From Auanema rhodensis (lineage: Eukaryota; Animalia; Nematoda): 64,000 nt of DNA. The DNA is taken from NCBI GenBank assembly GCA_964057225.1, contig OZ059896.1, positions 17,298,001 through 17,362,000 on the forward strand, written 5' to 3'. Below the pieces are notes generated by a model, which saw only the letters and a program-made list of their open reading frames with translations, searched no databases and was not told where the DNA came from. Shown piece after piece: positions 48,701 through 62,955 of this stretch; within the stretch, counting starts at the first letter, position 1, and every line of letters starts with the position of its first letter. Position numbers and translations under genes: made by a program.

Positions 48701-51700
48701 AGAAAAAACGAAACAAAGATAGACTAAACGGGGCATGGAGGATAGCTGGGATGGAAGAGAGAAGAAACGTTAAAATTTGGTGTTCGTATCGTGGTATAGA
48801 GAGAACGAAGAAGCAAATGAATGAGAATAGAAGATAAAATAAAACGAGGAGAAAGAGAGAGAGAGAGAGGTGAAAATGGATAGCTTTTGCTGTTTGCAGA
48901 GTTTTCTTGAATTCATATCTTGCATTGTTTTCAATTTATGTAGTTCTTTATATTTATTCATTTATAGTTATATCATAAAGGGTTTGAAAGAACTTTATAT
49001 AGAAGGAGGGTGGGATAGCAAATTGTAGCATATATGGATGAAGATGAATCGAAAAATAAAATTCTTCATTTTTCATAATATTCATCTATTCTTCTTAATT
49101 AATATATTCAATTTAATGAAAATTAGAAAACACAGATTTCATATATTGCCTTCTTATTCCGCAGCCTAGTCTTTCTAAATGTATTCGTGGGGGTGGGTTG
49201 GGGTTGACTAAATGTGACGAAGTTATGTTGACGTCCGTGGAGAATTCGCGGAGGCTTTGTTGGTTAATCATCGGCGAAAGCTCAGCCGTTCATCGTTTCT
49301 CATCCAAGTTCATCGTTGAGAATGAGAATCAGTAACTGCTTCAACAGATGTCAACTGGGCTTTCCGGGCTAATGCTGTGATCAAACTGCTCAGCTGGTTG
49401 TTGGCGTCATCTCTCAGTCAGTATTGCATTTTTTATTCGATCCCAGCAAAATGATGATGGGATGCAAAACAGTTTTTTTAGTATGCTGAGCCATCGACTG
49501 GACCTCAACCCAGTAGTCCTCAGCAAGCTTGATCTTACGCTTATCTCTAGTGATTGAGCGGCAAGCCCCCTGAATGACTTTTGATTTTTACATCAGGATT
49601 TATAGGCGTTTCGTCCAGTTCGGCCAATTGCAAATTCAGATGTCTTCCACCTACATATGTATGTATGCATGAATCGGAGACACATCGTCAGATGTGATAT
49701 GACGACATCGACAGCAATGAGCAATTTGTCCTACCAATCTTCCTTTGACTTTTAACTGTGAAAGAAAGCAGGACTATGTTGACATCAACATCAAAGATAG
49801 AAGGAAAGAAGGGGGACTCATGAAAGCTAAGCTTACGTTGTCATCCAGCTCATAAGCCGTCTTCGGGTTTGGACGATGTCGAGCTGTATAGTGAATGCAT
49901 TTTCCATCAACCACAATGTCTACTTTCAGCTCCACTACTGAATCTGATTGCACTGTTTGTAGCCAATAGGTGCTTTCAGTCGATGACAAAGTTACGTCAG
50001 ACTTATGGCTTTTTTCTTTCATTTTGTTGTTGTTGCTGTTCATCCGAGTGGCTCGACATCATTTTGAAACAATGCAAAAGGAAAAGTGAGCACAAAAAAG
50101 TATTATCCGCTCATATTGCGGGAGAGAAAAGGGAAGGACAAATAGGGAAGAAGTAGAGAAGAGTTGAGAGGAAAAGGGAGATAAAGATGACGAAGACGAA
50201 GACGGAGATGAAGAAGACGGCGAAGAAAAAGAAGAAGCAGATGACTGCGACGATGAAGAAAAATCCCAACAATAACAGTTCAGAAAGGAAAAAATAAGGG
50301 AGTGAGATTCCTGTTGAATGTAGCGATATATGACCCGCATGAATTTGCAATATACATATTTCACCAAATCACCTTTTTCTATTTTGTTTTTACATAGCAC
50401 AAAGTTTTTATTTGCCGAGTGACTGGCAGAATGCGAATTGCATCATGCAAGAGAGGGACCCAGAGAGAATATACGGCTAGAGATTTTCTGAAGATGAACT
50501 GAAACCGATGTAGAATATGAGATAGAGGAAAGCTGATAGAAGGGAAACAGGTGAATGTGAATGTTGAAAACAGGATGAAGATGACAATGATGTTTCACAT
50601 TGGCTTTATGTTTTTTGTCTTTTTGACGAGCTCAGTCAGGGACCAGAATACATAGTGCTACTTGATTACATTGATACTTGTTTTCTTTTTGTGTTTCTGT
50701 TTAGTTGTCAGCTTTCATTAACAGTTTTCTTTCATTTTCAGCAAGAAATTTCAGTTTATATGCAGGTAAAATAATGAACTGAAGCTTCTGATGTGTAGAA
50801 AAGGCAGAAAAAGAGGAGAAAGGGGGATGGTTGACGACGTAACTGGCAAAACGACAGAGTATGTCTGTCGATGAGAAAACGTCATCTCAACAGACAGCAA
50901 GATCTAAAGAAGCTTTGTCGGTTTTAATTTGGCTAAATAAGCCCGAAGAGAAGTCACAGAGAGCAAGTAAAACGAAAATATCCGATTCAACTAAATGATG
51001 ACATGCTTCCACATTTGCAGAAGCTTGCATGAAGCTTAAAGGTAGAGGAAATGTATAGAAGGTCACACAGGCATATCAGTAACATGTGCGTTCTTGCTTT
51101 GGTCTTGATGATTCATTATTCTTGCTGCTCATTAGCTAATCAGATGTGGTTAACCTTGTGCTTCAGCTGTCTGTCTGGCTTCATTATCTCATCGCCTTTC
51201 GAAGTAATATCATGATTAAGTAAATGAATTCGACGAATAGAATAATGGGTTTAATATCTATTTATAACTTTCATTTTCTCTTCTTTTTTAAATTAAAAAA
51301 ATCTTATAAATTTTAAATAATACGATTTTTTATGGGTTTCACTGAACGATGAGGAACCTTTTTTTTTGTCTGAACAAAAAAAAAGAAGAAAAAAAGACTT
51401 TTGGGGGAGCCAGTAAAAAAGTTTGAACAGTGAATGTGTTCTGTCTTGTGTTTTCCTTATCTATCTCTCTCTCTTTCTTTCTTTCTCTCTCTCTCTCTTT
51501 CTCTCTCTTTTCCAAGATATGTTATTCTACCTTTGTGTCGAAATCATCTTTATTCAATCGTTGTACACTCCGATATTTCCATATTCATAATTAGAATTCA
51601 TGTAATTGTTTCATTTCTTTTTCCTTTATGAAACTCAACTTCCTGCTTCAGTTTTTTATCTCTCTCTCTCTCTCGACTCATAGAAAAACTGCTGACTCTC

Positions 51701-54700
51701 TTCTTAAAGCTTGAATCTTAAGAAACAGCTATCTTATAGAACAAAGGAAAATACAACTAATATCTTTTCTCTATTTTCAGTGTATTCATGACCGTAGGAG
51801 TATCCATTCATCGTTACATTGGTGTATGTCATCCGTATAAATCTATGGAATGGCTACCAAAGAAGCGAGTCACCAGATTCATCTTATCGTTATTAGCATT
51901 CTCTGTGCTATTCAATACAACACGATTTTTTGAGGTTAGTTAATTGGGCTGTATCCAAATATCTCTTCTTTGTCTTTTATTTGAAAAAAAAAGCGAAACT
52001 TCTATATTTGTATTTTCGCAATTTTAATCTAATTTACTACATTCATCGCTTTTCATGTTTATATCTTCATGAATTGTGTTGTTTATTTTTCATTTTTTTT
52101 CATTTTGTTACAAGCATGGTGTTCTTGCAATTTTTTTTGTTCTCGAACAAAAGATTTATAAAATACGAGAAAAAAATTAAAAAGAAAGTATTATTTGATT
52201 GGTTTACTCGCCTCGGGGAATGAAACGAGCTTGACGGCGAAGAGGAAGAAGGATGAAAAGATGATTATAACATATACATGGATATAGATATGGATGTAGA
52301 AGGAGAAACATAGTAAATACAAGAAGAGAGAGCTTTACCATCTCGTAGAACTTTGAGATTTAAGAAAAGAAAATTCAATGTACTCACGAGTACGAGTGAT
52401 CTGAACTATGTTTGAAACATCATCCCACACTTATCCACCAAATAATATTCATATTTTGCTTTTATGCCTGACAAACTTGAATGAAATTGGTAACTCTGTA
52501 GTGGTAGAGAGGAGGAAAGAAGAGGGGGGAGTTCAAAGCAATATTATAAGGAAACTGTTTTCTTCGCATTAAAAATTCTTTCTATTTTAAGTTTTTTTCT
52601 TCTTCTTCTTCCAGAAAAAACACTTTTCTTTTCTTTTTCTTCTTTTTTTGTCTTTTTTTAAAATGTTACCATATTTAGATTCTTTGTTAGCCTCACTTTA
52701 TGTGTATTATTTTATTATTTTCTAAACTTTTGAAAATATATAGGATCAAAGCTTAAAATAAGAATTTATTCATTTATAATCAGGAAGAATACAAAGAAAT
52801 ACTGCAACGCATTCATTATTATATCTGTTTTCTTTTTATTTTGTTGTATTCACCATGCATTTCTAAAAATGAATTCGAAAAAAAAATCGCAAAAACCGAA
52901 ACATCACAAAAGCAAATGACTGCAGAAAATGGTTTTTTTCAAAGTTATGCTCTAGGGAGAGGTACAGAGTAGGGTAGAGAAGATGTTGCAGAAAAAAGAA
53001 GACAATTTAAGAGATTGGTTAGTGAAAAGAAAGTTAGAGAGTTAGACAGATAGAGAAAAAATATATGAGAGAGAGGGGGGGGGGGGGGGGAGAAGAGTTA
53101 AAGCTGTAATACTCATGATTATACAGCCGCCTAGAGAATAAGGTAGAAAATGATCCTATAAACAATGTTTTTTAAATAAGAAATTAGAGAAGAATTTCAT
53201 GTTTAAACAATTTCTTTATTTTTTGTTGGAAATTATCTATTCGATGTTTTAGGTTCATGTATCGAATGTATGCTATCGTATCAACATTAACTACTATATG
53301 CCATCGTTACAGCCAACTCCATTACGTTTATCATCCATCTATCGGTTTGTTTTCTTTACATCATCTTACAAACAACAACTGGATATTGTTCATTTAAATA
53401 AAAAGAAATAATATATTTTAAAATTGACATAATTAGCATATAAGTTAATGAAACACACGTAAAACGTGTCATGTCAAGATTATTATAACATAGTATTTAT
53501 TGTTTTTGCTGTCAAAAACCTTAAGCGGTCTATTAATTTGTACAATAATTAAGTTTTTTCTATTTATTGTATAACTATATCATATAATTAATATAATTTA
53601 ATTAATTAATATTATAGAATTGTATTCTTCGGATGGGTTTATACAATAGTAATGTATGTAGTACCATTTACACTTCTGATTGCACTAAACTCCATGGTAT
53701 TAATGGCAGTACGTCGTAGTCGTCGTATGCACATGGTGAGCCAGGTTAGTTTATACATAAATTTGTATATATTATAATTTTTTAAATAAATAAATAGATA
53801 AATATATATATATATATGAAATGAGTGTATATATAATCTTTAATCATGATCGTGAAAACATAAATTTATATGATATTTAAACATAAGCTGTATTTAGACA
53901 TACACATTGTATGTTTATCTTTTTTTTTTCTTTTTTTAAAACTGGCAACACCAGTTTTACATATACATATAGTATGTCTACATATCGAAATCTTTATATA
54001 TATATATATATATATATATATGCATGATAATTATAGTTTATCATTAATATATTTATATAATAATAATAGTAATTATTATTATTATTATTATATAAATATA
54101 TTTGTTTACCATGCTTTTGGACTAACTAATGAGAATGCGAACGTGGTATGTAACTATTAAATTAGCTTCTAACTTCATGATAACAAAAGAAGAAAATGAA
54201 ACTCCGTCACAACACAACAGACGTGAATGCAAATCAACGTTTGTCTGTGAACAAGCTGCTTCTGCTTAAGTTTAAGTTGAAAAAAGATTAGAAAGAACAA
54301 GGAAGAAAGTTAGAGAGAAAGAGGAAAGGAGAGATAGAGAGAGAGAGAAGAGATGTCATGTAGAAAAATATGAAATACTCCAAAAATATAAAATAAATAC
54401 TTTCTATGGCCGTAGGCTATTGAGCTTTTGTATGTTCATATCTTTTGACTTAAAAATTCTTTATAGAGTAATAGTGTTTCTTTTTTCTATTTTCGACTTA
54501 TTTCTGAACTATATACTTTGCACACTAGCACTCTCTGACAGCTTTAGCTTTATTACCATTTTTGAATAACCGATACTACCAACGCCGACAGCAACAGCCG
54601 CAAAAGCAACAACACCAGCAACAACCAATAGCTTATAGTAAGCAATGGCGGCAGCAGCAGCAACAGCGGTGTCGGCATCACCAGCAGTTAACTGAATTCG

Positions 54701-56470
54701 TCGTGTGAATATATAGATATATATATTGTTTATGAAATGTTGTCGTCAAAATAAAGGGAAACCGAACAAAAGAAAGAATTCGAGCAAAACGTTTGAAGGA
54801 AAGGGAACGAGTGGAGGACAACGATCGCATATAGAGTAGCATCATAGTCCTCCAATTGCGTTGTTATCGTATGTAAATTCCACTATAAGACTGGAATATA
54901 AATCAGAAATGAAAAAGAATTTAAGAATATTTTAAAATTAAAATATTGTAAGAATCTTATAACTTCTAACTTTGAATAAATAATCAAAAAAATTAAATAC
55001 TTATAGTCTTCATCTTATTCTTTCTAATTTCAGTGTGGTGTTGAAAATGATGAATATTCAAAGAAAGCTGAACGAAAAGAACGTCAGACATCTATCATGC
55101 TCATAGCTATTGTAATTCTCTTCATATCATGTAATACATTAGCTTTCGTATGTAATATTCTGGAGAATTTGGATGAAATCAGTCCAATCTATCAGACATT
55201 GGTTACCTTCAATAACTTACTGGTAAGGTTTTAAGTTCTTTCTTAATATATGTTTTTCTTTATTCTTGCCTACTCCTATTCATATCCTCAAAATCCTTTT
55301 TTCTTTACGCATTTCTCTCTTTTTTTTTCTTTTCTATTCTTATGTTTATTTATTTCTTCATTCTTTTCGTCAAATTCTATAGACCCTATGTGATTGTTTC
55401 TCTTTCAAGCTATTTTCGTCAACATTCCTCATTTTTTCTATTCTCTATTGCTTTCCTTCACTTTCTTTTTTTTTTGTTGGATAAGTAACAGTTAGGCTTA
55501 AACATCAAAAATAGATCAGAAAGCAGATGAGCTTTTCAGAAGAAACTTAAGCATGTTACTACTTTCCTCACAAGAAATTCAAATGAAAAGTTAACAATAG
55601 CCAATTCTTAAAACAAAAAAAAAGCAAAGAAAAGAACTTCGTTTAATGAGAATCTTATTGCCATAGATGCGAAACAAAAAATAGAAAATATGCTTCCGTG
55701 ATCATCTCACATTTGAATGTCACTGCATTTTTTTTATTTTTTCTATTTAAGCTTTTAAATTTTTTGGTAAAAATCCAAAAATAGCGTTTCCCTCTTTCTT
55801 TCCGCTCGAAACATCTAGTCCTTTTCGCACCAACTTTCAGACATTTTTTTCCTTTATGACATACATTTAAGAGGGATTAGTTTAACTATAATATTTATTT
55901 ATAAATATTATTTTATTCCTTCAAAAAATTACAAATACAATATTATTTGTATTTTTTCTTATTTGTTTTCTTATTTGTTTTAAATTTTATTAGTTTGTAA
56001 CATGCTAATATCAAATAAGATAATCAGATATGAAGATGATATCTTTCCCTTATCATCATTTTCATTAAAAATGGAAGAACTTTTAATATATTTTTGATCT
56101 AATATATAATACAAAGTCATGAACATATGATGGGTAAGAGTATATTGAAATGAAAAAAAAACGTTTGGAAATAATGATTAATCGTCTGTGTATGTGTATG
56201 TGTGTGTGTGAAAGTTTCATCAAAACGAATAGTTAATTGATGAAGTCGAAATATTTGTCATGAGGAAAGATCTAAGAAAAAGGAAATAAAGAAAAATAAT
56301 TTATTTTGTTGCTCATAAACCATCTCCCCAATTTTCTATTTTAAACTTTTGCAAACAATCTAATTAACAATTGTGGATTTTTAAGATGTTATAGCGCAAT
56401 TGATTTGATAGAGAACAAGAGTATTAAAAGGTTGTGAAGAACTATGTAACTACGAGAGATGAAATAGAAT

Positions 56471-56516
<46 letters not shown>

Positions 56517-56911
56517 GTCGGGGGCAGAGTGATGAATCTCATCAATTTATCTTAAGCAAACAAACGGTTTTCAAAACTTAACAGTTGTTTCTCACTTTAT
56601 TTCCTGGTACATCCGTTTATACTACAAGCAAGCATAATAAATTTCACAAAATCATCAAATTGAGGGTTAGGGATCGATGAACTGTTCCCTCTTATTCTAG
56701 ATTAAAACTTTTTTTTTATTAATTTTCAACTTTATTCATATCAATTATAAAAAATATTAATAATTTGTCATTTCAGGTTGTTGTTAATGCTTCATGTAAC
56801 ATCTGTATCTACATGCTGTTCTCAGAAAAGTACCGAATGCTACTCCGTCATTACATCTGCTGTGATTGGTCACGACAAGGAGAAATGCTCATTAGCTCAG
56901 TGGTTGGATGA
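42703..56911 (+). CDS. Rhodopsin-class neuropeptide GPCR, FMRFamide-receptor (frpr)-like, 7 coding exons
   Basis: Exons 42703-43058, 47618-47671, 51781-51934, 53253-53344, 53618-53744, 55034-55222 and 56777-56911 join in frame: FGLCAN, YLAVLSASD, AQTISVFMTVGVSIHRYIGVCHP, FNTTRFFE, YVVPF, MLIAIV..CN, NASCNICIYMLFSEKYR. Confidence 0.92.
53075..53090 (+). repeat. G16 homopolymer (G-quadruplex-capable)
   Basis: Run of 16 G in GPCR intron 3. Confidence 0.85.
56473..56512 (+). repeat. (AG)20 microsatellite
   Basis: Perfect AG run in the last GPCR intron. Shorter GA/TC and TA runs are scattered through 43-57 kb, and TA runs occur at ~3452-3473 and ~53996-54021. Confidence 0.9.
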
Positions 56912-59680
56912 TAATCTGAATTCTGATTTAGAACAAGTTATATATCCTCATCAGTATCAGTATTCATACAAACTATATTATAACATAACATATATATATA
57001 ATTAAGCATTCTTATGTATATGTTATGTTATAATCTGCTATCACTCTCACAAAAATCTCGGGGCTTACACTAATATGCTTCTATAACAAGATTGTTGCCT
57101 GAAAAAACATACGATAATATCGAGAAATTAAGCTTTACGTTGTCTAGTTTTGAACAAAACCATCTCTCATCCCTCCTCTTTATCTCTATCTCTCTCTCTC
57201 TCTGCGCTCATCTCCATAAAGAATTCACATGTAATTGAGAATTTATCAACTTTTTTATATTGTCTTGCCTTATGTACATTAGAAGAAAAAGCTTTTATCT
57301 TTCATTTTTAATTCAAAAGACCAATGAGATTTATTGTACAAATCATCGGGGATTTACATATGTTTCAATTGTTGTATTAGTTATATTTTTATTTTATCTC
57401 CCTCCTTCTCTCTCTCTCTCTATCTATTTCTGTTTCTTTATAATATTTAACTTATTCTTTTTATTTTAACTAGATGGCGAGTACTTCTTTCCAATCATTA
57501 GAGTATTTTCTACATCAACTGCTCAACATCATCCTCATGACTTGTAGAATTGAATTCAGACTTAAAATCCTAAAAAGCTGTAGGTTGAGATGATTCGTAC
57601 GTTAAAGCTTCAAAAATCGAAAACTCATATTGAGTTTTCATTCCAAATCATGAATACGAGAAATGAATTTTGTCTCTGGAATTCTTTCCCCTCATTCTCT
57701 GCTGGCTATCAATGTGTCTTGATTTTTGATGTATTATTCATAATTATAATTTTTTATAATCTATGTATAACTTCTTTATAATATGTGTTTTGGTTGGAGC
57801 GGGTTTCTTACTGTTTGCTACTACTTCTTAAGATTTTTCTTTTTTTTTCATTATTTGAATCGAAGAAATCAAAAAAATCGATAAGTAAAATGAATAAAAA
57901 TTCTAAAAATGAATGTTTTTCTGTACTTTGTCAATCTATTTATCGTTGAATAGTTTAGATTGCATGAAGCAGGGCATAGAGAAAAAGATATATACACAGA
58001 TACACATACACATGACTTACAACTTTCAACTTGTCTATTTGTAGCCACAGATCACACATCATTTCTAATATTTATACAAGAGGTCATGTTCTCGATGATG
58101 TCAAATTACCTCAGAATAAGGCTGTGGAACTAATTCGCTAAGTATGCTGTTCAGTTTGAAAAATAAATTGGATTAACTAAAATTGAATGTGGATAACACA
58201 CAAAATTTTCAAAATCGTCGTCATTCTCCTACTCGCCGTTGTTTTACTTGTCATTTATTCTCCTCAATATCAACAATAACAAGCATATGAATGAGTAGTT
58301 TAAGAAAGAGTTATTTAACACATTGAAAATGACATGAGAAGAAGAAGAAGTAGAGACAACGAAGCTGTTGGTTAGTTCAATCCGACAATTTAACGATCTG
58401 TTGCATCCAGATATCACATACTATATCATTTTTTTTTCATTTTAAAAAAAAAATAAATTTGAAATAACATTTAAGTTTGAGAGCTAAACGATTAGCTTAT
58501 TTTCTTTATGACAAAATTTTAAAACAGATGAGAATATATATATAAATGACTTTGCTTTCTATATTACAAAATGAAGAAAACATCTGACAATAAATGAGTT
58601 ATTAATACTTTCAAATGTTGAAATTATATTTATTTTTCGTAATTTTTCAAATTTTTTTTTCTCTCATCTTGTTCATCTTCATCTCTTTAATTTTATTTCA
58701 TGCCGTCTCAGGGACTCATCAACATCTCCTGATGATATAGGACCTTACCATCGTATTTTAGGATCATTAGATTTCAAACAAAAGGAAATGACGTGTATAT
58801 TCAGATGCTTCACCTCTTTCTATTCATTCAGTTAGTATGCCAATAAATAAAATATCTGTCTATATGTACATATATGCTAATGGTTATATGATGTCACATC
58901 AACATATGTATTTTCTTGAAATTTAACCTCAAAATATTAAAATATCTCTTTGTCTTTGTAAGTTAATTCAGAAATTACAATACCAATGCACACGCTAATG
59001 CTAAGGGTAAAACCTTCTGATATGCTTTCATTTGCTCTTAATAATTTTCCATTCAAGTTTTTCAAATACTTTGGATAGCATTGTCTTTTGGACAACATTT
59101 TGAAGATTGCTAGTAATTTGAAAAATTATGAAATGAAATATGTTTTTTATTTTTTAAAATACAGAGTAGAAAGTACGTTCAATATTAAAAAGAAAAAAAA
59201 GTTTTCGAACGAATAACTGAACTTTCAAGGAATCAAAGCAATATCACTTCTACGACGTAACAGAGAATAAGATGAAAAGCTAACAAGCTAACAAGCACAA
59301 TTGTGATTGATTTATCTAATGTCCAATCATTATTTATGATTTTCTGAACTAATTTTTATATTTTTGCACTAAAAACGATTTTTTTCAGTGTAACTATAAT
59401 ATTTTTAAAAAATCTGAACATTTCAGCTTCAGTATTTGAAAATATTGAGTTTCGATTTAAAAAAAAAAGAGAACCACTTATGTTTATTTGCTGCCAAAAA
59501 TATTCTTGAAAAAGAACAACATCGTGGTTTCCACAAACTTATTGTTCCATTAAATGAGTATTTTCTCTGATAAGTCAAACTATAAAAATATAAATAGGAT
59601 GTAAAAGCGTTGAAGAGAGATAAATTCTCTAAATAATTCGTGAATATAATTGTAGTATAGCTATAGCATAGCATGTATTA

Positions 59681-60529
59681 GGCGGTCAAAATGTTTTGTA
59701 GTTCCTATTAAATTTTTTGAAAAATTGGGGTTTGTTTAGAGACTACCAACACCCATTTTGAACTTATCTATTGGTATTATTTTGCAGTAAAAGGGATGCG
59801 ATTCCTGCGATCGCTACGCTAAGCGCGTCATAATTAGCATATTTAGGATATGCAATATGATAATGATCATGTTTGAAAACTTTGTCGAATAGCGTCTTTC
59901 AGCGTCATTTTTCATAAAACTTTCAAATTCTTTAAACCATGACGTTAGTTTAAAAAATATATAAAAATTCAGCAAAATAATAAAATTGAAGCATGAACTT
60001 AATGGTTTCATGCCAACATTTGTGGACTGGACCAATTATATAAGAGAAGGTTGTACTTTCAAACTTCTCGAAACCAACCAGAAAATACGAGGGCTTAAAA
60101 CTTCAGTTGCTAGAAGAAAATATAACACGGGGAGAGTTATTAATCATATTTGAGTTTTTGGGGGTTTGTAGAGAAACTACAGAATGCTTCCTTTACAGAG
60201 TTGATAATAGAGGTGCAGCTCTATTGGCAAACTCTATAAAAAAATCTATTCGTGAGGTAAATACTAATATTTCGGATTCTTGGCAAGGGTATTCAGGGAA
60301 AAATAAGATGGGGCTTGGGTACGAGCACCTAACTGTCAACCATTCAATAAATTTTGTTGATCCGGTTACTGGTGCTGGTACCAATATGATAGAGGGGTTG
60401 TGGTTTCAGGCCAAACGTAAATTAAAGGCTATGAATGGGGTGGTGGAACATTTTGTAGAATCTTATCTATGTGAATGTTTTCAAATAGGCAAAAATATAA
60501 GAATAATGACATTTTCGATTGTATATTAA
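59681..60529 (+). mobile_element. Degenerate Merlin (IS1595/IS1016-like) DNA transposon
   Basis: ORF 60107-60529: GVCRETTECFLYRVDNR...ISDSWQGY...HLTVNHSINFVDPVTGAGTNMIEGLW...ESYLCE. The N-terminus is disrupted. A possible GG-starting end lies at 59681 (ggcggtcaaaatgttttgtagttc). Confidence 0.8.
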
Positions 60530-60736
60530 AAGATATTTCCTTTTTTTTTTTGAAAATAAGTTTGAATTATAATGAATGTTATATTAAAATATGAATTTAG
60601 CTGTGCATTACCCTAAACCTTCGTCTATAGTGTTATTTATGTTCAGTACAATCAATTTCTACAAACTATTACACACGCTATTAGAATAACGTGAAAGGAG
60701 GGGGAGGGTTGAAGCTCCTAAACAAGCGTCGAGGAA

Positions 60737-61058
60737 TATTATTCTGAGCAACTCTGACGGCTTCAACTTGCTTTTGAAGCCAAATAGAAGCTCAGAAACA
60801 GAACCGTCGCGTTGTTACATGACAACACGCGCCCAATCAACTTCTGGAGTTGAGCTAGAATGTTCTGAAGCATACTCCAGATCTTGCTCTAACAGAGCAT
60901 AGTTTGAGAGGTCAAACCACAAATAGTAAAGAAAGTTAAAAAATTTGTAAACAATCATTTTCTAAATCTTAGGTGGTTTTCAGAAGAGGAATCAGAAATT
61001 TGAAAAAAAAAGATGGCAGAAACTAGTAGAGAGTAAGGAGGAATATTTTATAAAATAA
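60737..61058 (+). mobile_element. Mariner transposase 3' relic
   Basis: YYSEQL*RL...LLHDNTRP, a frameshifted YSPDLA-like motif (tactccagatcttgct), and RWQKLVESKEEYFIK*. Confidence 0.75.
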
Positions 61059-62280
61059 TGTTTTTTACATTTATAAGTTTTTTGTTTGATTACATAGGGT
61101 GAACTACAAAACAGCATTTTTTCATTACATTGATTAATTTTTAGAAGATAACAGGAATCAAAAGCTCAGACTCAGATTCTCTCTTCCTTACATACATCAT
61201 GTTGATTATAAGGATAAACGGTCCTGAGCGATGAACGTTGGACACCTACTAGAAACCTTCATATCTTCTCAGACAAACTACAAAAATTCAGAAAAAATAT
61301 ATTTTGAGTGTTAAAAAATGATAATGAATCTAAAAAAAATTAAAAATAAAACAAAAAATCCTGTTTAAAACGAATTTCTGAAGTCTCCGAAATTTTCATA
61401 AACTGCTTGAAATATTATTTCGTGAATTTCATGAGTTTCATCAAGAGTTCAGAAATAATCTTTTGATAGAATGTTAGAAGTACACTAAACGTCTATTTTT
61501 TATGTGAATGGGAGAATTTGGTTGTACGTTAACCAAGTTCTCTTCATAGATATTCGGTAAGATTCAGATATTGAAGCAGAAAAAACTTAGTTATTGATCG
61601 AGCTTTGTGCTTAGAATCATTTTAAAATATTTTTAATGAATCAACTTCTTCCTAATCTCAAACTTTGTTATATTAAGAAGGATTATTCAAAATAGTCAAA
61701 AAACACTAAATTTCCTTATAAATTTAGAAAAAATATTGAAATCAGTTTTTATTATATTAACATATATTTTAATTAAATATGTGTGACCTTGCAAAACTTA
61801 TGAAAAAAATTGTGTTGTAGTATGAAGGAGTTTTCTGGGGCCTCAAACATAGGAGTATCGAACGTTCATCACACAGGACTGTACATAGTCTGTATCTTAT
61901 AACTATTACTACCACTTAGAATACATGATACTCTACATGGTATACTACAATTATATATTTTAATAAATAATTGTATTAGTCTTCTTTTCACTGGGGTACA
62001 GAGGCATCAATGAAAAGATTTCGAGCCGCAGCAGTAAAATATCTTTCTTAACAATGCTTTCACTGGAAAGTTGCAAGACAATTGTTGACACCTCCATGTT
62101 TAAAATGTTAGATGAACTCAGACTGATCAATTGAAGGATATCGGTTGAACGATGATACGCTTTGCCAAGCCGACGTGCAAAAAAATCGGTTTTGAAAGTT
62201 GTTAAGACAAAGCGTTAACTTTATGAATAGTTGAATAGTTTTGCAATTTTATTTTAACTTTCCCTCTCTTGTTCTCATCA

Positions 62281-62888
62281 TTCATCAACAGTTCGTGGTG
62301 ATTCTGAAAGTTTCTACACGGCTGAACAGTAAAAATTTTTTAATCGGTTCACAACGCATTCATCAATCGGCCCACGCCGATATCCGGAGTAGTTTCTTAG
62401 CCTTTTCATGCCTATTCTTCATGGTATTCTCAGTTAAATCATCGAGTGATACGACAACTTCGAAGCTCAAGCTAATGTCTATCATCCTTTGAACACTTTT
62501 TCTTGAAATGTTGAGGCTCAAACTTAGTTTGTTCAGATTGAGCTCGTTGTTCTTTTGAACCCTCTTTTTTCTTTGAGAACATTCATAGTACGTGATCTTG
62601 TTGTTTTTTAAAAGGCTCAACACTATGTTGAATGATCTTCTCAGCTCTTCTTCGATTCAGATTCAGCTGCTTAAAAATATCACATATTCAATAACCCAGA
62701 TCGTGAAGTCTATAATAATGGGTCTATGAGAGAAAGGCTTCAGTTTTTCAAAGCATATCTCTTTTGATTCACATTTTTAATCTTTATTTGCGTATTTTGA
62801 ACATTATTTTGTTTCTTTTGGTATATAAGCTTTAAAATTTTGAAAATTCGCACTTTATTTTATGCGAAAATACTTAAGCGTGGTCCCC
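62281..62888 (-). mobile_element. Tc1/maT-like transposon 5' relic (minus strand)
   Basis: KLSLSLNISRKSVQRM...LTENTMKNRHEKAKKLLR, then L*TD*KIFTVQPCRNFQN. TIR-like segment at 62852-62880. Confidence 0.75.
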
Positions 62889-62955
62889 AATTAATTTAAG
62901 TTTAAATTATGCTAATTTTTAAAAAAAGTTTTAAATTTTAAAAAAAGTTAGAATA

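Noticed and set aside
50059-50400. Ser-rich and Asp/Glu-rich reading frames, and the CAG/GCA-rich tract at ~54580-54690
   Set aside because: Low-complexity trinucleotide-like intronic sequence without convincing splice sites or continuation.
51805-51825. HRY instead of DRY in GPCR TM3
   Set aside because: HRY/HRF variants are usual in nematode FMRFamide-receptor-like GPCRs, so this is not novel.
59400-59700. Programmed DNA elimination or telomere-addition boundary at the gene-to-transposon transition
   Set aside because: No TTAGGC arrays and no break motif that I can recognise.
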